64,000 bases of DNA from the human T2T-CHM13v2.0 reference genome, Homo sapiens: assembly GCF_009914755.1 (NCBI RefSeq), contig NC_060930.1. One strand, given 5' to 3'. Under the pieces are notes generated by a model. The model did no database searches and was not told the DNA's origin. It saw nothing but the letters and a program-made list of their open reading frames with translations. This document shows, one piece after another, positions 29,307-42,734 of the stretch. A program made the position numbers and the translations under genes. Position 1 is the stretch's first letter. Each line of letters starts with the position of its first letter.

Positions 29307-30689
29307 ACATTTACATGTTCTTGTCAGTTTTTGCAATCAGACCTCAAAAATTAAATGAGCCAAGAAGACTGTGTGTCTGAGTTATATATTAAGAATAATG
29401 TTTAAAGAAAAACATTCATTTTTCAGGAAAAAAGGAATTGTAGGACACTAAGTGCTTTATAAAGTGCTCTCAGGTTGAGATCCATCATGAGCTGCTTTTA
29501 TAAATAGTTGGAATAGCATGTACTTAACATAAGTAATTTGCTTGAGAAATGTGACTCTCAGTTTAAATCAGTTTTTTTCCTTGAAAAAAATGTCAATCTT
29601 TCTCTAAAGTATTGTTTACTTCCATTTAGTAAGCTCTTTGATCAAAGATGAAATAAAGTTGAACTTCAGCCCAGCCTCTGTCCAAATGTGCAGCAATTCC
29701 AATTGATTGGGGCTCAGATTGTATATACAATAAATGTATGTCATGTTTCCCCAATGAATTAAGATTTGTTTTCTTAAGAGAAAGAACCGGGTTTCCTAAA
29801 GAACTTGAAAGTCCTTGCAATGGTAAGAGAAGGAAGCACTTGAGTGATTCTCATGACTATTAGCATGAGAGAAAAATAGAAACAAGTAAAATTCAGCAGG
29901 AAGGCTGTAATTTATTATATTGTCTTAATGTTCCACAAGAAAACAAATCGTAATGTCTAAAATAACAAGAGCTGAAATTAGATCCAGTTTATATATTTTC
30001 AGTGCCCAGCAAAACACCTTGCACATGGAAGGCACTCATACATCTTGTTTTAAGGGAATCAAGCTTCTAAACCATAAATACAAAGTACAAGGGTAAGATA
30101 TTCTGTTACAAAATGTTCCTTTCTTCTTCTATTACTCTCGAGTACTTTTTTTTTTCTGTAAAATTCCTGCATCTTGGAAAGGAAGAAATCACCATGTCCA
30201 CTTAAATGCACCCTTCTAGGGAATTTTTTACAATCGCTTACAATATTTGGCCTTTCAAATTCAGGCCTGAGGTATGAAATAACAAAGCAAAGTTTTGTTT
30301 TGTTTTCTCCTGCAAATAGTGTTTTGAATTTATAATATTCCTTCTTAGTTATATACACTGATCTTTCTTTTTTCCTTCTTCCTTTTTTCCTTGATTTCTT
30401 CTCTTTTTTTTTTTTTGTTTATTTTTCGTTCTTTCTTTTTTCTGCAAGCATAAACAGAGGGCTCACTATGAGCCATCTAGGCAGGTTCCTTTCATTCTCT
30501 ATATGCTTAAAAAAAAGAAAAAGAAAAAACATTTAATTCAAAAAAAATTATAATACAGCTGGAAAGCCCTTCCCCTACCAGACGGCCTTTCATCAGTGCC
30601 TGAAAGGACAAACCATTGTGCATCACTTTTCAGACAAGTTGCCTCCAAACACTACTACAGCCTGATTAACAAGGGAAGCTAATGATCAG

Positions 30690-30980
30690 AGGGTGGAGGT
30701 CTCTGCGAATAGGCTCTAAGATTAGGGCCATCCATCTGGATGGACAAAGGCCTGGTGTGGACAAAACTAAAATCTGTAAAAGCATGCAAATGAGCTTGTT
30801 CACTGAGCCTCAGCATTAAAGCTGGGACCAATCCCATAACGCTTGAAGGATAATTTCAGGACAGATAAAGGTAAATATTACTTCACACAATGGAGAATAA
30901 TCTTCCTGAACTCATTGCCTCAAACTGCTGGTATAGGTTAAAAATGTAAATGTTAGGTCACCTAATAGATGACAGAGCTA
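30690..30980 (+). mobile_element. Ancient CR1/L3-type LINE ORF2 3' fragment
   Basis: tttcaggacagataaaggtaaatattacttcacacaatgg...gaactcattgcctcaa (FRTDKGKYYFTQ, CR1-like). Confidence 0.55.
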
Positions 30981-33287
30981 CAAGGGGACATTAAGTGGGC
31001 CGAGTATGCAATTCATTATCCAATTGTTAACACTTTCAAAAGTGAAAGTGGGCACTCAGTAATGATGCCTGGACAACAGGTGTAGACGTGGTCCATCCCA
31101 GATGAACCTGCCTGTGTGGTCACTGGCTTTAAGAAATGCACTGGTCCAGCCCTCCCACTGGGAGGCCAGCAGCACAGTGGATTGCTACATCTTCCTGACA
31201 CTAGCTGTCACTGTCTGCAGTAGAATAGCGGGGTGGAGGCAACCACCTGCTCACAATGGTGAGGGTGTTTGTGGATTCTTACTGCTGGAAAGCAGCACAC
31301 TGGCCTCAGCCTGACTGTTCAGACCTCCTTCTTGGAATCATCTATGGCCAAGGTTGGTAGAGCAATGAGAGGAGTTCCAGTGGTGATATCTCAAGCATCT
31401 TCCCCACTGTTTCATTGCTAAATGTGTAAAAATGTAAAAAAGCAAGAAAGAAACAGGTGACCCTAAAAGAGGCAGTACTGCTGGAATTATTTAAAATTAT
31501 TCATAAATTACAGTAAAAGCCTACACACCCATCCATTTCAAGAAATGCCAATGACAAATAAATGCCTGCATAAATGAATGCATAGCTCTCATGAGAGGGA
31601 GAAGTAGATTCCTAGGCACTGAAGAGTAGATGACTATGGCAGTCGATCAAAACCATCGTTCACTCAACTTTTTCCCAACAGGGTCCACAAATACCACTTC
31701 TGGAACTTTGGGCTAGTAGGTTGAAACATGGGGTGATAATGTCTATTTTTGTGCAAAGTTGGGTCTCATTAATGCCTTTCTTGGCCTTGTCTTTATAGGC
31801 AGGGAGAATTACTTTCATAGTAACCGAAGAGGTTTGATAAATTTTAAGTAATAGTAATAATTGCAGTTGCACAGATGGTTGGCCACTTGCCAATTTCACA
31901 GCAAACTAGTAAAGCAATAAGAAAATCTACTTGCTCTTAAAATGACTACTATTCTAAATGAAATTACTAAAGAGAGAGGAAATGAGCTAATCACTGGACT
32001 AATCAAAACGGTCTCATTATGGGACTCCCTGTGAGCTTTTGTTTGAATTCTCTAATGTGGTTTTTGGCATTAAATAGGATTTTAAAAGCTAAATAGGTCA
32101 CACTTGCATACAAATGGTTGAGTGAATCACATAACTGCTTTATGTTCCCCAAGATTCTGCTTATCAGGCTGTGTTTTAATTAAAAGGAAAATTGTCAGGG
32201 ATAGAGGATAACTCAACGTGGGGAATTTGGTATCCTTAGTTGAAGACTAAGACTTCACTTTTTATTCACTTTTCAATTCACAGTCATGATTTCCAAACAA
32301 CATGAAATTCATTTCATTTTAGTCACAAGCTTAGACACAGAATTTGAAAGCTGGAGGAATTGGAGATCATTTTGTTGAAAAATCTCAAGTCCAGTCATTT
32401 TATGGCATGTGTGAAGATGGCTTAGCTAGAAAGAGAGATGTTTAGCCTTGAGAAGCAACAGTAGCCACTACTGGCAAAATTCTGCAGATAACACAATAGT
32501 GTGTAAGTCCTCAGTTAGGAAGGCTGCTCTGTGATCACAAGAAACGAAGGTCAGAGAGCAGAATGTAGGTCCTTTCCGCTAAGCGGCCCAGAGCAGCTTC
32601 TCAGGCACTTGGATAAGAGATCTTTAGGAGGATCCCTGTCGCTAACCAACTTTTAAGTATAATACGAAAGAAAAAACGTGGTACATGCCCATTATGAACT
32701 GCTTTTGTCCTTCTGGATTGAGTCCTTCTAGGAAAATTTGCAGGTGGGGAATTGTCCCACTGCTATTCCTACTCAACACACAAATGTCAGAGGGGTCGTT
32801 GGCCCTGGCCTTGTCCATGTGACTCCCCAAAACAGATATGCCACTAGAGCTGCAACTGTCCATCTGTAACTGCTGAAGCCGGGGTTGAGAGCCCACTGCT
32901 TCCACGGGGATTTCTCATCCCTAGACATGCACTAGCTGCCACTCACTATATTCTCCAATGACCTGTGTCAGGTCAGCATCACTCGTGAGGCTGCTGCCCT
33001 TAGAAAACAATTCGGCTACCACTGAATGCAAACCAAACTTGACTGCAAGGTAAAGGAGTGTCTGTTTTCTTCCTGAGCCACATGAACCACTTGGTCAAGC
33101 GGTCCTTGTGAGGTAAGGATGTGGAGAGATGAAAATCATCGAGCAAGAGGTCAAGATCATTGGAGCTCTGAAATTTTAAAAGCAACAGCTGTCCCTGCCT
33201 GCCCTGAGAAGTACACCAGAGTCTCTTTACCACCCTCTAAACAGGAGCACTATAGGGCCGCTGCCTCCTACTCTTGGGTTAGTGAGG

Positions 33288-33291
<4 letters not shown>

Positions 33292-33326
<35 letters not shown>
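33292..33326. repeat. (TG)n microsatellite
   Basis: Direct read. Confidence 0.95.
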
Positions 33327-33329
<3 letters not shown>

Positions 33330-33888
33330 GTAAAAACATCCTTCCAACAATTTCCCTTGTAGTTGGTTGAATGGCTTCCTTTGGTCTGTAATGTTTCTGT
33401 AACGTAATCTCTTTTTCTTGACTTTTGACATTGTAAAGAAATAGACTTTTATGTACTAATGCAATTTTCATTATTTCCATTATCATGATAAAGTAGAGTA
33501 TCTTCTTCTGGCTACAGCATAATTCCCATCTATTTCTAATGCCATTGCAGTAGCATCTGCTTTCTGGCACCTTCGTAGGATTTCTGTCTATTCTTCCTAA
33601 AATGATTGACCCAGCTTCACTGCAGCAGTCCACATTTGCTATCATCTTCTCAGCTTGGCCTACTTCACTAGTTCATTCATGGTGATAGCTTCTTTGAGCA
33701 TTTCAGGAAAATGGTTTTCTTTGCTTTAAAACTTAAACATAACCATCTTTGATCTTTTGTCTTTAAATTCATTTAAGAAAAGGAGAAAACTCCACTGAGC
33801 ACGAATATATCGCAGATACTGTCTCCAGGCTTTATGAACATTTGTTTTAAAAAGTGGAATCAAATTAGCTTGTTTAATATCACACTGT

Positions 33889-34187
33889 GGCCGGGCACAG
33901 TGGCTCATGCCTGTAATCCCAGCACTTTGGGAGGCTGAGGCAGGTGGACCACGAGGTCAGGAGTTCGAGACCTGCCTGACCAACATGGTGAAACCCCGTC
34001 TCTACTAAAAATACAAAAATTAGCCAGGCGTGGTGGTGCCCACCTGTAATCCCAGCTACTCAGGAGGCTGAGGCAGAGAATTGCTTGAACCCAGGAGGTG
34101 GAGGTTGCAGTGAGCCAAGATTGCACCACTGCACTCCAGCCGCCTGGGCGACAGAGCGAGACTCCATCTCAAAAAAAAAAAAAAAAA
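33889..34187 (+). mobile_element. Alu (AluSg-like)
   Basis: Full dimer; TSD atcacactgt on both sides. Confidence 0.95.
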
Positions 34188-35804
34188 TCACACTGTGTAT
34201 TCATTAAAAGAAAACACTCTGGCTCCTGAATGACAGTATTTTAAAACCGAATCATGGTTTTAAAAGATTAAAAATTACTATTTTTTCAATGTCCTTACAT
34301 GTCAACACTACAAGATTCCCACATTAGCAAAATACTGTGAAATATTTTACTGACGGTGAAGTTGGCGCATGCCATCTGTCCTGAAAATGGATCTTATTTT
34401 CTTCAATGGAATCAGTGGCTACTTTAATTTACCTTTCTCTTATATTTTTACTTCCAACGTTTCAAAAAAATTATTACATTACTTTTTAATTCATCCAAAG
34501 AAATATTCTTGAGGGGAAATTATGACCAGGTAGAATAATGTAGAGACCACATTATATAGCAAATAATTCAGACTTGTATGCCATCTTGATTACAATGAAC
34601 TGAAAGTTTTCCCTTTTTCTTATATACTTTAATCATTAGAAGAACAAAATTATTAAGTAAAAACGCTAATTTTAACAATGAAGATCCAAGAAGTTAATAA
34701 GGTTAGGCCCCAAAACCAACCTAAATAGGAGTTTTGGTTAAAGTGAGATATTTTGCACCAATCCAGGTTCTGTCCATGACTGGCTTACTTGCAAGAAGTG
34801 CACAGGGGTAGACAGGGATCCTGACAGACTTAGTTCAGGTCATGTGTTCAGCTGTGTGGTAAAACAGGTGCCAGCAAAGCCATGTGCCGTGCCTCCAATG
34901 GAGGCAAACTCAAGATGATGGGAAGAGAATCCAGGTTAATTGAGATAACCTGTGGCACCTTCTATTAGCCCATAATTACCCCGATAGCGTTCCTGTTTGG
35001 AGTCACCATAAGGAAATCCAAAACCTATCTCTACGTGTGGACTTGAGATCATCTTTAAGCTACTTGCTTACAGATTAAGTCCTATTTGAGTTATGAACAC
35101 TAGGTGATGATTTCCTCCAAGGAAGGAAATTTGAAAATTCTTCCACCTCTACCCTTCTGTAACTTGATCCAGTAACAAGGTCTATTTTTACCTTAAAGAG
35201 ACGTGTTTCTCTTCATCTTCTTCACTTGAACATCTCATTCCAGCTGTCAGTCTCCAGCAAAGATGTCAACTCAGGGCGCCAAGATTTCTCTGGGAAGCAC
35301 AAGAGCAACTAATAACAAGACCAAAGGCATTGATTTTGCCCAGCATCCCATGGTTCAGAATGCGATGAATGCCTGAGAGCAAAGCAGTCAGGTTACATTC
35401 CTCCCTCCTGAATGTAACTCTAAGAACTGTGCTTAGGGTGATGAAATGCCCTTTTCAGTTAAGCAAATGAAATCCCTGGAACATGCCAAACCTAACGTTT
35501 CCATTTGCATCTCTAAAGAAAATCCAGTTGCTTCCTTTATGAAATCAAGCCCTGTTCCTCTGATATTGACCGTTGACAATGGAGACCGTCCTGTCACTTG
35601 GGGGATAATGTGGAGCTGCAGTCATTATTGCAAGATGTTCGAGGGGAGAATGAACCTCGCCCTCGGCGTCAGACCTCAAGGCATCTTCCTCGTAGATACT
35701 CTTTGCTCACTGCCAGGCTTGGAGTATCCTGGTTCAAATTTTTAGCAAGTGCATTTTTTGAAATCTATTATAGATTTTTGTATAGTTGCAGCTATAACCA
35801 GTAT

Positions 35805-36010
35805 CATTTATTCTACTGTGTGCTAAGCACTGGACTAAGCATTGTGGAGATTGTCTCATTTGCAAAGAAACCCTGGTGGGGGGGAGTTGAACTTGTACCC
35901 CATTTTTATTGATGAGTTAACGGAGGCATAGGTGGGTTACACAAAATGGCCAAGGTTACGCAGCTAGCAAATGATGGGGCCAGGATTCCAACCCAGGCAT
36001 GTCTGACTGC
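35805..36010 (-). mobile_element. MIR
   Basis: cccatttttattgatgag...gccaaggttacgcagctag...ggattccaacccaggcatgtctgact. Confidence 0.75.
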
Positions 36011-36429
36011 AAAGACAACAGAGGTTGTCTATATATACAAAATGTCTGATGATAGCTGAGAAAAGGATTTAAGTTGACAAAATCTTTGAGGAGCTATCCA
36101 CAAAAACACAGTGATAAGAAGTGTGTACAAGAGGAATGAAGTGAATGCATCCAAGTTGAAAGTCAGTTATGTTAAAATGATTAAACCAGCTAGTGAAGAA
36201 ACCTATGCCAACTACATTAACAGCTCACCGTTGATATGGGAAATGGGTGACTGGAAAACTCCTTTTCGTGTGGTACCAACAAAAACAGCTGGTCTGAAGA
36301 AAATAAAATAAAACAACAAACAATTTATCAGCCAGCAGAAAAAAAATTAACTCTAGAAGTAGGAAGATATAGTCAGGAGTGACATCCCTGACTCCTTCAA
36401 CAGGTCCCATTTCTTCCTGCTGAGGCGGA

Positions 36430-37365
36430 AATGTGACCTCCCCCAGCCCCAACATCTTATCTGCACCTCGTTCTGGGTTCTTCCCCCTCACTGCCTGACC
36501 TCTCAGCAGCCTGGCTCAGCCAGTCACACCCTCCTTCTGGAAACACTGCTTTCCCTGAGGTTTGTGGAACCACCTTGCGGTGTTCCTGCGCCTCACAGGC
36601 CACTCCTGCCTGGATCCTGTGCAGAATCTTCTTTCTCTCCCATAACCACTCACTGGGGTACCCCCGCTCTGTCCTTAGTTTGCTTCTCCTTTTAATTTAT
36701 ATTCACTCTCACTGCTTTCAGCACCAGCTTCATGCCGATGACTCACACGTTGGCATCCCCAGCCAGACCTCTCTCTGCCTGCTCAACGTCTCCATGTGGA
36801 TGTCCAATAAACCTCTCAAACCTAACGTGTCCAAAACAGAACTCTTGATTCCCCCCAAACCTGTTCCTCCTCCTTTCCTCCCCATATCACTTCACAGCAC
36901 CCCATCTACCTGGTGGCTCAGGCCAAGTACCCCAGATGCATCATCGATTTTGTTCTTGTCATCAGCACCCACATCCAGTGTACCACTAAGGCTTCTCCTG
37001 CAACTCCTGTCCTGAATTGGACTCCTGGCCACAACTGCTTCTGCCGCCCTGGTCCAAGCCACCTTGCTCTCTATCCTGAACTGTGGGAACTGCATCCTAT
37101 GTGCTCTCCCCTGTCTACCTCTCTACAATCCATTGTCTACACAACAAGATTTTTTTTTAACATGTAAATTACATCCTGTCATTTTCCTGTGTAAACCTTT
37201 CCAGTGTCTTCCCATGGTTACTGGAATAAAATTCAAACGTCTTACTATGGTTGGTAGGACCCACAAAACTTGGATCTTGCTTTGTTTCACACCTGCATTT
37301 TTCTCCTCTCCCCTCACTCACCATAGGACAACTGTCTCTTTCTCTAATAGACCAAGCTCCTTCTC
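36430..37365 (+). mobile_element. L2 ORF2 (RT) remnant
   Basis: ORF 36575-37015 contains LHADDSH (YADD-like) and LKPNVSKTELLI, typical of L2. Confidence 0.85.
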
Positions 37366-37566
37366 ACCTCCATGGTTCAAGCAGTTCTCGTCCCTCAGCC
37401 TCCCAAGTAGCTGGGAGTACAGGTGCTGGCTAATTTTTGTATTTTTAGTAGAGACGGGGTTTCACCATGTTGGCCAGACTGGTCTCAAACTCCTGACCTG
37501 AGATGATTCGCTCACCTCAGCCTCCCAGGATGCTGGGATTACAGGCGTGAGCCACCGCGCCCGGCC
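37366..37566 (-). mobile_element. Alu (AluS) lacking its 3' end and poly-A
   Basis: Left arm, linker and part of right arm only; joins L2 directly. Confidence 0.9.
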
Positions 37567-38369
37567 GAGATTGGTATTCTTTATTCTTCCTGCTTGCTCA
37601 TAATGGAGTCCAAGTGCAAATACATGAAATTTGAGGTAAGATGAGAATTCACTGCAGACCAAAGGCTATGTGCCTCTGACCACTCAAGAAGTATTTCTGA
37701 CAGGACAAAAAGAAAAGTTGGAATTGCTGTGAGTGCTAAAGGGCTCATTTCTGCTTTGCCTACCTGCCCTGGCTCTACTGTTTATTTTTTCGCCTTAGAA
37801 AGCTCAGAGGCAGTGATGATGTTTTCAGACACTCTGACCCCCTAATTGCTCCCCAGACTTGGCCTGAGTTGCCATCACCAATGCCAACATGGTACCAGCA
37901 TCAGGCAGAAATTCCCCACCTGGGCCTGTAAATGAGCCCAAAATAGAGCAAGAATAAATGATGATGCTACAGCTCAAGCACTAACATTCAGTTTCTCTCA
38001 ACCTCTTCCCCTAGGCAAGTAATAAAAACATCTAGACCAGATTTAGAAGTATCCATCCATAAATCATGACCTTGCCCTGGAAACTTCATGTTTATTTATA
38101 TATCTACATGGGGCCAGCAAAGCCAACTTTTATTTCTGGTATATTTTTTGATATTTGGAACCCCAACAGCAATTATAAAAAAAAATTTATGTACATATTT
38201 TTATTCACAAAATAAGTCAGTTTTGGTGTAGTCTTTTTCAGACTTTCAGTGGAAACATACAGGCCCTTAAATGAGCAGGAATGTTTATTTCCTGGTTAGC
38301 CAAGCCAGACAAGAAGTATTTACCTCCTAAATGTCAACAAATCAGTCCCCTTGTCCCCATGCCCCATTG

Positions 38370-39180
38370 GCATGATCCTAATTTCAGCTCACTTTATCTT
38401 TTACCTGAATAGTTGCCTCCTACTCAGCCTGTCTCTGATCCATTCTCCACTCAGCAGCTAAAGCACAGTCCCTATCCAGTCATAGTCCCACTTAACACAT
38501 TTCCCTGGCTGTCCATGGCAGTGTCATCCTATTGCACAACTCTAGGGGGCCACTCACATTCTCCTTAAGATAAAACCTCAACCCCCACACTTCCATTCCC
38601 TTCCCTGTTTTCTCTGTAGTACCTATCACTTTCTGACACAGTACATATTTTGTTTGTCTTTCTCCCCCAACCTGAATGTAAGTTTCCTTAGGGCAAGAAT
38701 CTTGTCTCTTTTGTTCCCTCCTTTATCCCTAGCACATGAAAGAGTACCCAGGACGTCAAGGGATCTCAACAAACATCAATTGAATGAGTGGATGAATTCA
38801 CGAATGAACAAATGAATGACATTCAAAAGCCCTGACCATGGCACACAAGGGCCAGCATGACAGAATCACCACCTTGTTCTCCAGCCTCACCTCCCATGTC
38901 TCTCTACTTTGCTTTTGCACCTCCGTGAAATTGGCTTTCTTTTAGTTCATTGAACACATCCTGCTTCTTCCTGCTCCAAGGCCATGGCACTTGTTTTCTC
39001 CCCTGCTGGAAGACTCTCCCTTCCTCTCCTTTTGCCTAGATAATTCCCACTCATCCTTGGGAGCTCAGGTTAAACATCACTTATTAGAGAAACCTTCCCT
39101 GGCTCCCAGGAGAGATGCAGGTCTAGTCCACTGGTGCATGCTTCCATGGCTTTCTGACTTCTTAGCTCTTGTTTCCCTTC
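38370..39180 (+). mobile_element. L2 fragments
   Basis: ccattctccactcagcagc, gaatgtaagtttcc...gggcaagaatcttgtc, (tgaa)n, aaacatcactt...gaaaccttccctg. Confidence 0.7.
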
Positions 39181-39192
39181 TAAAGACTGCCT

Positions 39193-39629
<437 letters not shown>

Positions 39630-39669
39630 TTAGACTTGTTCAGTCTACAAAGGTTAAAACTAGAACCAA

Positions 39670-39860
39670 GAACAGGAAGTTCAGGAAGACAAATTTCAGC
39701 TCAACATAAAGAAGGACTTCCTAAAAGTCACAGCTGACCCCAGTATGGGGTGGCCTGTCTCAGGTGGTGGAACATGCAGGAAGGAAGCTGATAGAAACCA
39801 AGAATCAGATGGGACTTTGGACCTGATCCATGGTTTCTACACTGAGTCTCAGGATGTGCG
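39670..39860 (+). mobile_element. L3/CR1 3' fragment
   Basis: ggaagacaaatttcagctcaacataaagaaggacttcctaa. Confidence 0.55.
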
Positions 39861-41070
39861 GACAGTCTTGAAGTCTGCCTTAAGGTTTTCTGGCACTGCA
39901 GATTTTGCCTCTCTCTGTCTTTAGAGAAAAGAATGTAAATTTCTGTGGAAGAGAAACTGTGGGCTTCAAAATTGAACACACAGTGTATCTTATTATACTT
40001 GTTTAATTATCCATATTCTCCACTAGAGTATAAACTCTGTAAGACTGGAAGGAACATGAGACAGTTGTTTTTGTCTGAAGCAACAGAAACAATTCTAACT
40101 ATATTAAGGAAAAAGGGATTCATTGGAAAGTTTCTGACTCAGAGGTAGAATTTTGACCGCATTTATGCTCCTGGTACCACCTTAAATGTCTTTGAAAGAC
40201 AAAACCTGGCACATAATCACTAGGAAGCATTTTTTTAAAAAAAACAAAAACAGATTATTTTAAAAATTATTTACCCCCTTCATAATATAGGGAGGTGAAT
40301 GACTAACTTTTAACCAATAAACCCATGGCCATTTACTGAAATCTGGGCACAGAGAACAATCTATAGAGAAGAAGAAAATATTTCTATGTGAAAAATATGA
40401 AGTAAGATGATACTGTTGATGAAGACTATCTCTTAAAGAAATTACTCAGCCAGAACATCAAATTCTGATAAAAAGGAAAATCAGAAAACAATTCATCTTG
40501 GGCCTGGACAATGGACTCTATACTTACTTAAAAGTGAAATAACCCTTGAAATCAAGCTTGCAACTTATTTTTAAATAAAATGAATGCAAACATTAATAAG
40601 GAAGCTGCCTGAACATGATATAAAATATTCTTATTGAATAGATATTTCTAGATTCTCTTGAATGCAGCACAATGTACATTCTAGAAACAATAATGTCTGA
40701 AGCATTATGTTCTTTCGTGGTTGAAGCGTGGATGTTCTTTCATGATAAAGCTTCAGTTATTACAGTCCTGCCATAGTAGGCGTGCAATTCACTAAGTTGG
40801 GATTGAATCTTTTCCCTAAGTGATGAAGTCTTAAAAAAACAAACAAACAAACAAAACAAAAAACCAAAGAGACAGGATTTCCTAATAATATAAACTTTCC
40901 AGCACTATTGATGAAGAATAGTTGAGGGTTTGTTAGCTTAACTATCATATAAAATAAACACACTTTCATATTGAAAAATAAGGTTCTGTAAAAGAGTTAA
41001 TAAAAATTCTTAAACACAAATTTTAAGAAGCATTTTCATTTCTTTTGTGACTCATGAGTGTTAGCCCCAC

Positions 41071-41614
41071 TGTATTAGTCAGGGTTCTCTAGAGGGACAG
41101 AGCTGATAGGATATATATATATATATATAGGATGTGTATATATATATATGATGTGTGTATATATATATATAGGATGTATATATATATATAGGATGTGTAT
41201 ATATATATAGGATCTGTATATATATATATAAGTTTATTAAGTATTAACTCACACAATCACAAGGTCCCACAATAGGCCATCTGCAAACTGAGGAACAAGG
41301 AAGCCAATCCAAGTCCCAAAGCTGAAGAACTTGGAGTCTGATGTTCAAGGTTAGGAAGCATCCAGCATGGAAGAAAGAGGTAGGCTGGGAGGCTAGGCCA
41401 GTCTAGCCTTTTCACGTTTTTCTGCCTGCTTTATAGTCTGGCCATGCTGGCAGCTGATTAGATGGTGCCCACCCGGATTAAAGGTGGGTCTGCCTTTCCC
41501 AGCCCACTGACTCAAATGTTAATCTCCTTTGGCAACACCCTCACAGACACACCCAGGAACAATACTTTGCGTCCTTCAGTCCAATCAAGTTGACACTTAG
41601 TATTAACCATCGCA
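41071..41614 (-). mobile_element. MLT2A (HERVL) solo LTR with internal AT-rich tandem expansion
   Basis: tgtattagtcagggttctctagagggacag ... tagtattaaccatcgca; perfect 5-bp TSD cccac (41066-41070, 41615-41619). Confidence 0.92.
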
Positions 41615-41676
41615 CCCACAGACTTGCACATCATACCAGGAGATGATCCTCTTCTGGAATAAAAAGAAAAGTAATA

Positions 41677-42044
41677 GGCCAGGCACAGTGGCATATGCCT
41701 GTAATCCGAGCACTTTGAGAGGCTGACGGGGGTGAATCACTTGAGCTCAGGAGTTCACAACCAGCTTGGGCAACATGGCAAAACCCCGTCTCTACAAAAA
41801 AAATAGAAAAATTAGCCAGACATGGTGGCTGTAGTTCCAGTTACTCGGGATGCTGAGGTAGGAGAATCACCTGAGCCTGGGGAGCTCTACAACATGCCTG
41901 TAGTTCCAGTTACTCAGGAGGCTGAGGTGGGAGAATCACCTGAGCCTGGGGAGGTCAAGGTTGCAGTGAGCTGAGATCATCTCACTGTATTCCAGCCTGG
42001 GTGACACAGTGAAACCCTGTCTTGAAAAAAAAAAAAAGAAACAA
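41677..42044 (+). mobile_element. AluJ with internal 56-bp duplication
   Basis: 15-bp TSD aaaaagaaaagtaat (41661-41675, 42045-42059); duplicated right-arm segment. Confidence 0.9.
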
Positions 42045-42627
42045 AAAAAGAAAAGTAATGAATCTAATGAAAAGTAGGAATTCAAGGAAATAGATAATGG
42101 GCAAACTTTCATAATTTTTAATATCCTTCATATGGTACCCACGTTTCAGTCTTTGAGGAATTTTCAAATTTAGAATATCAAAATGAAGCCCAGCTTCCTG
42201 TCGTCTGACATACGAGATACAAATGGTTCAGAAAGAGTAAAATGTGCAGATCACACTAAAACATTCATGTTAGTCAATAACTCCAGGCTTTTCCTCACAA
42301 GATGTTTCTTCCTGAGGCCTAACAAGTGGCAAAGTTGGTGGATGTGAGTTTTGATTCCTCTTCCTTCTTCAGCCTACCCCTGACAGTTTCTAGAGAACGA
42401 GAATGTGGGTGGTCTATAGTCAAGAGCCAACTGTAATTTCTACATCCTTTTCTGCCTCTTGAGAAGATATTTTAAGGAACACTTGATATTGAATACTTAG
42501 ACATCAAATATTGCAATTTCCTCTGGAAAAAAATGATGTGGGTACAGGTTACAGTCAATGTCATTCTTCAAGAATTAGTTCCAAGGCAAAGGGAAAATGT
42601 GACCTGAGAATGAAAGGAAAGAGAGCC

Positions 42628-42734
42628 ACAATTATTTGGCTTCACACTGTTTAAAAGTCCAATCCTTTTTTGACACCATACTTAAGAGTCGAAAAAAGAT
42701 TGGGCTTTTAAATAATGTAAAGCCAAATAATTGT
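42628..42734. repeat. Inverted repeat, 47-bp arms, 13-nt spacer
   Basis: 42628-42674 vs reverse complement of 42688-42734: 41/47 identical, ungapped. Confidence 0.9.

Noticed and set aside
36575-37501. Two ~145-aa ORFs as genes
   Set aside because: They derive from decayed L2 ORF2 and Alu sequence; no splice structure or promoter support
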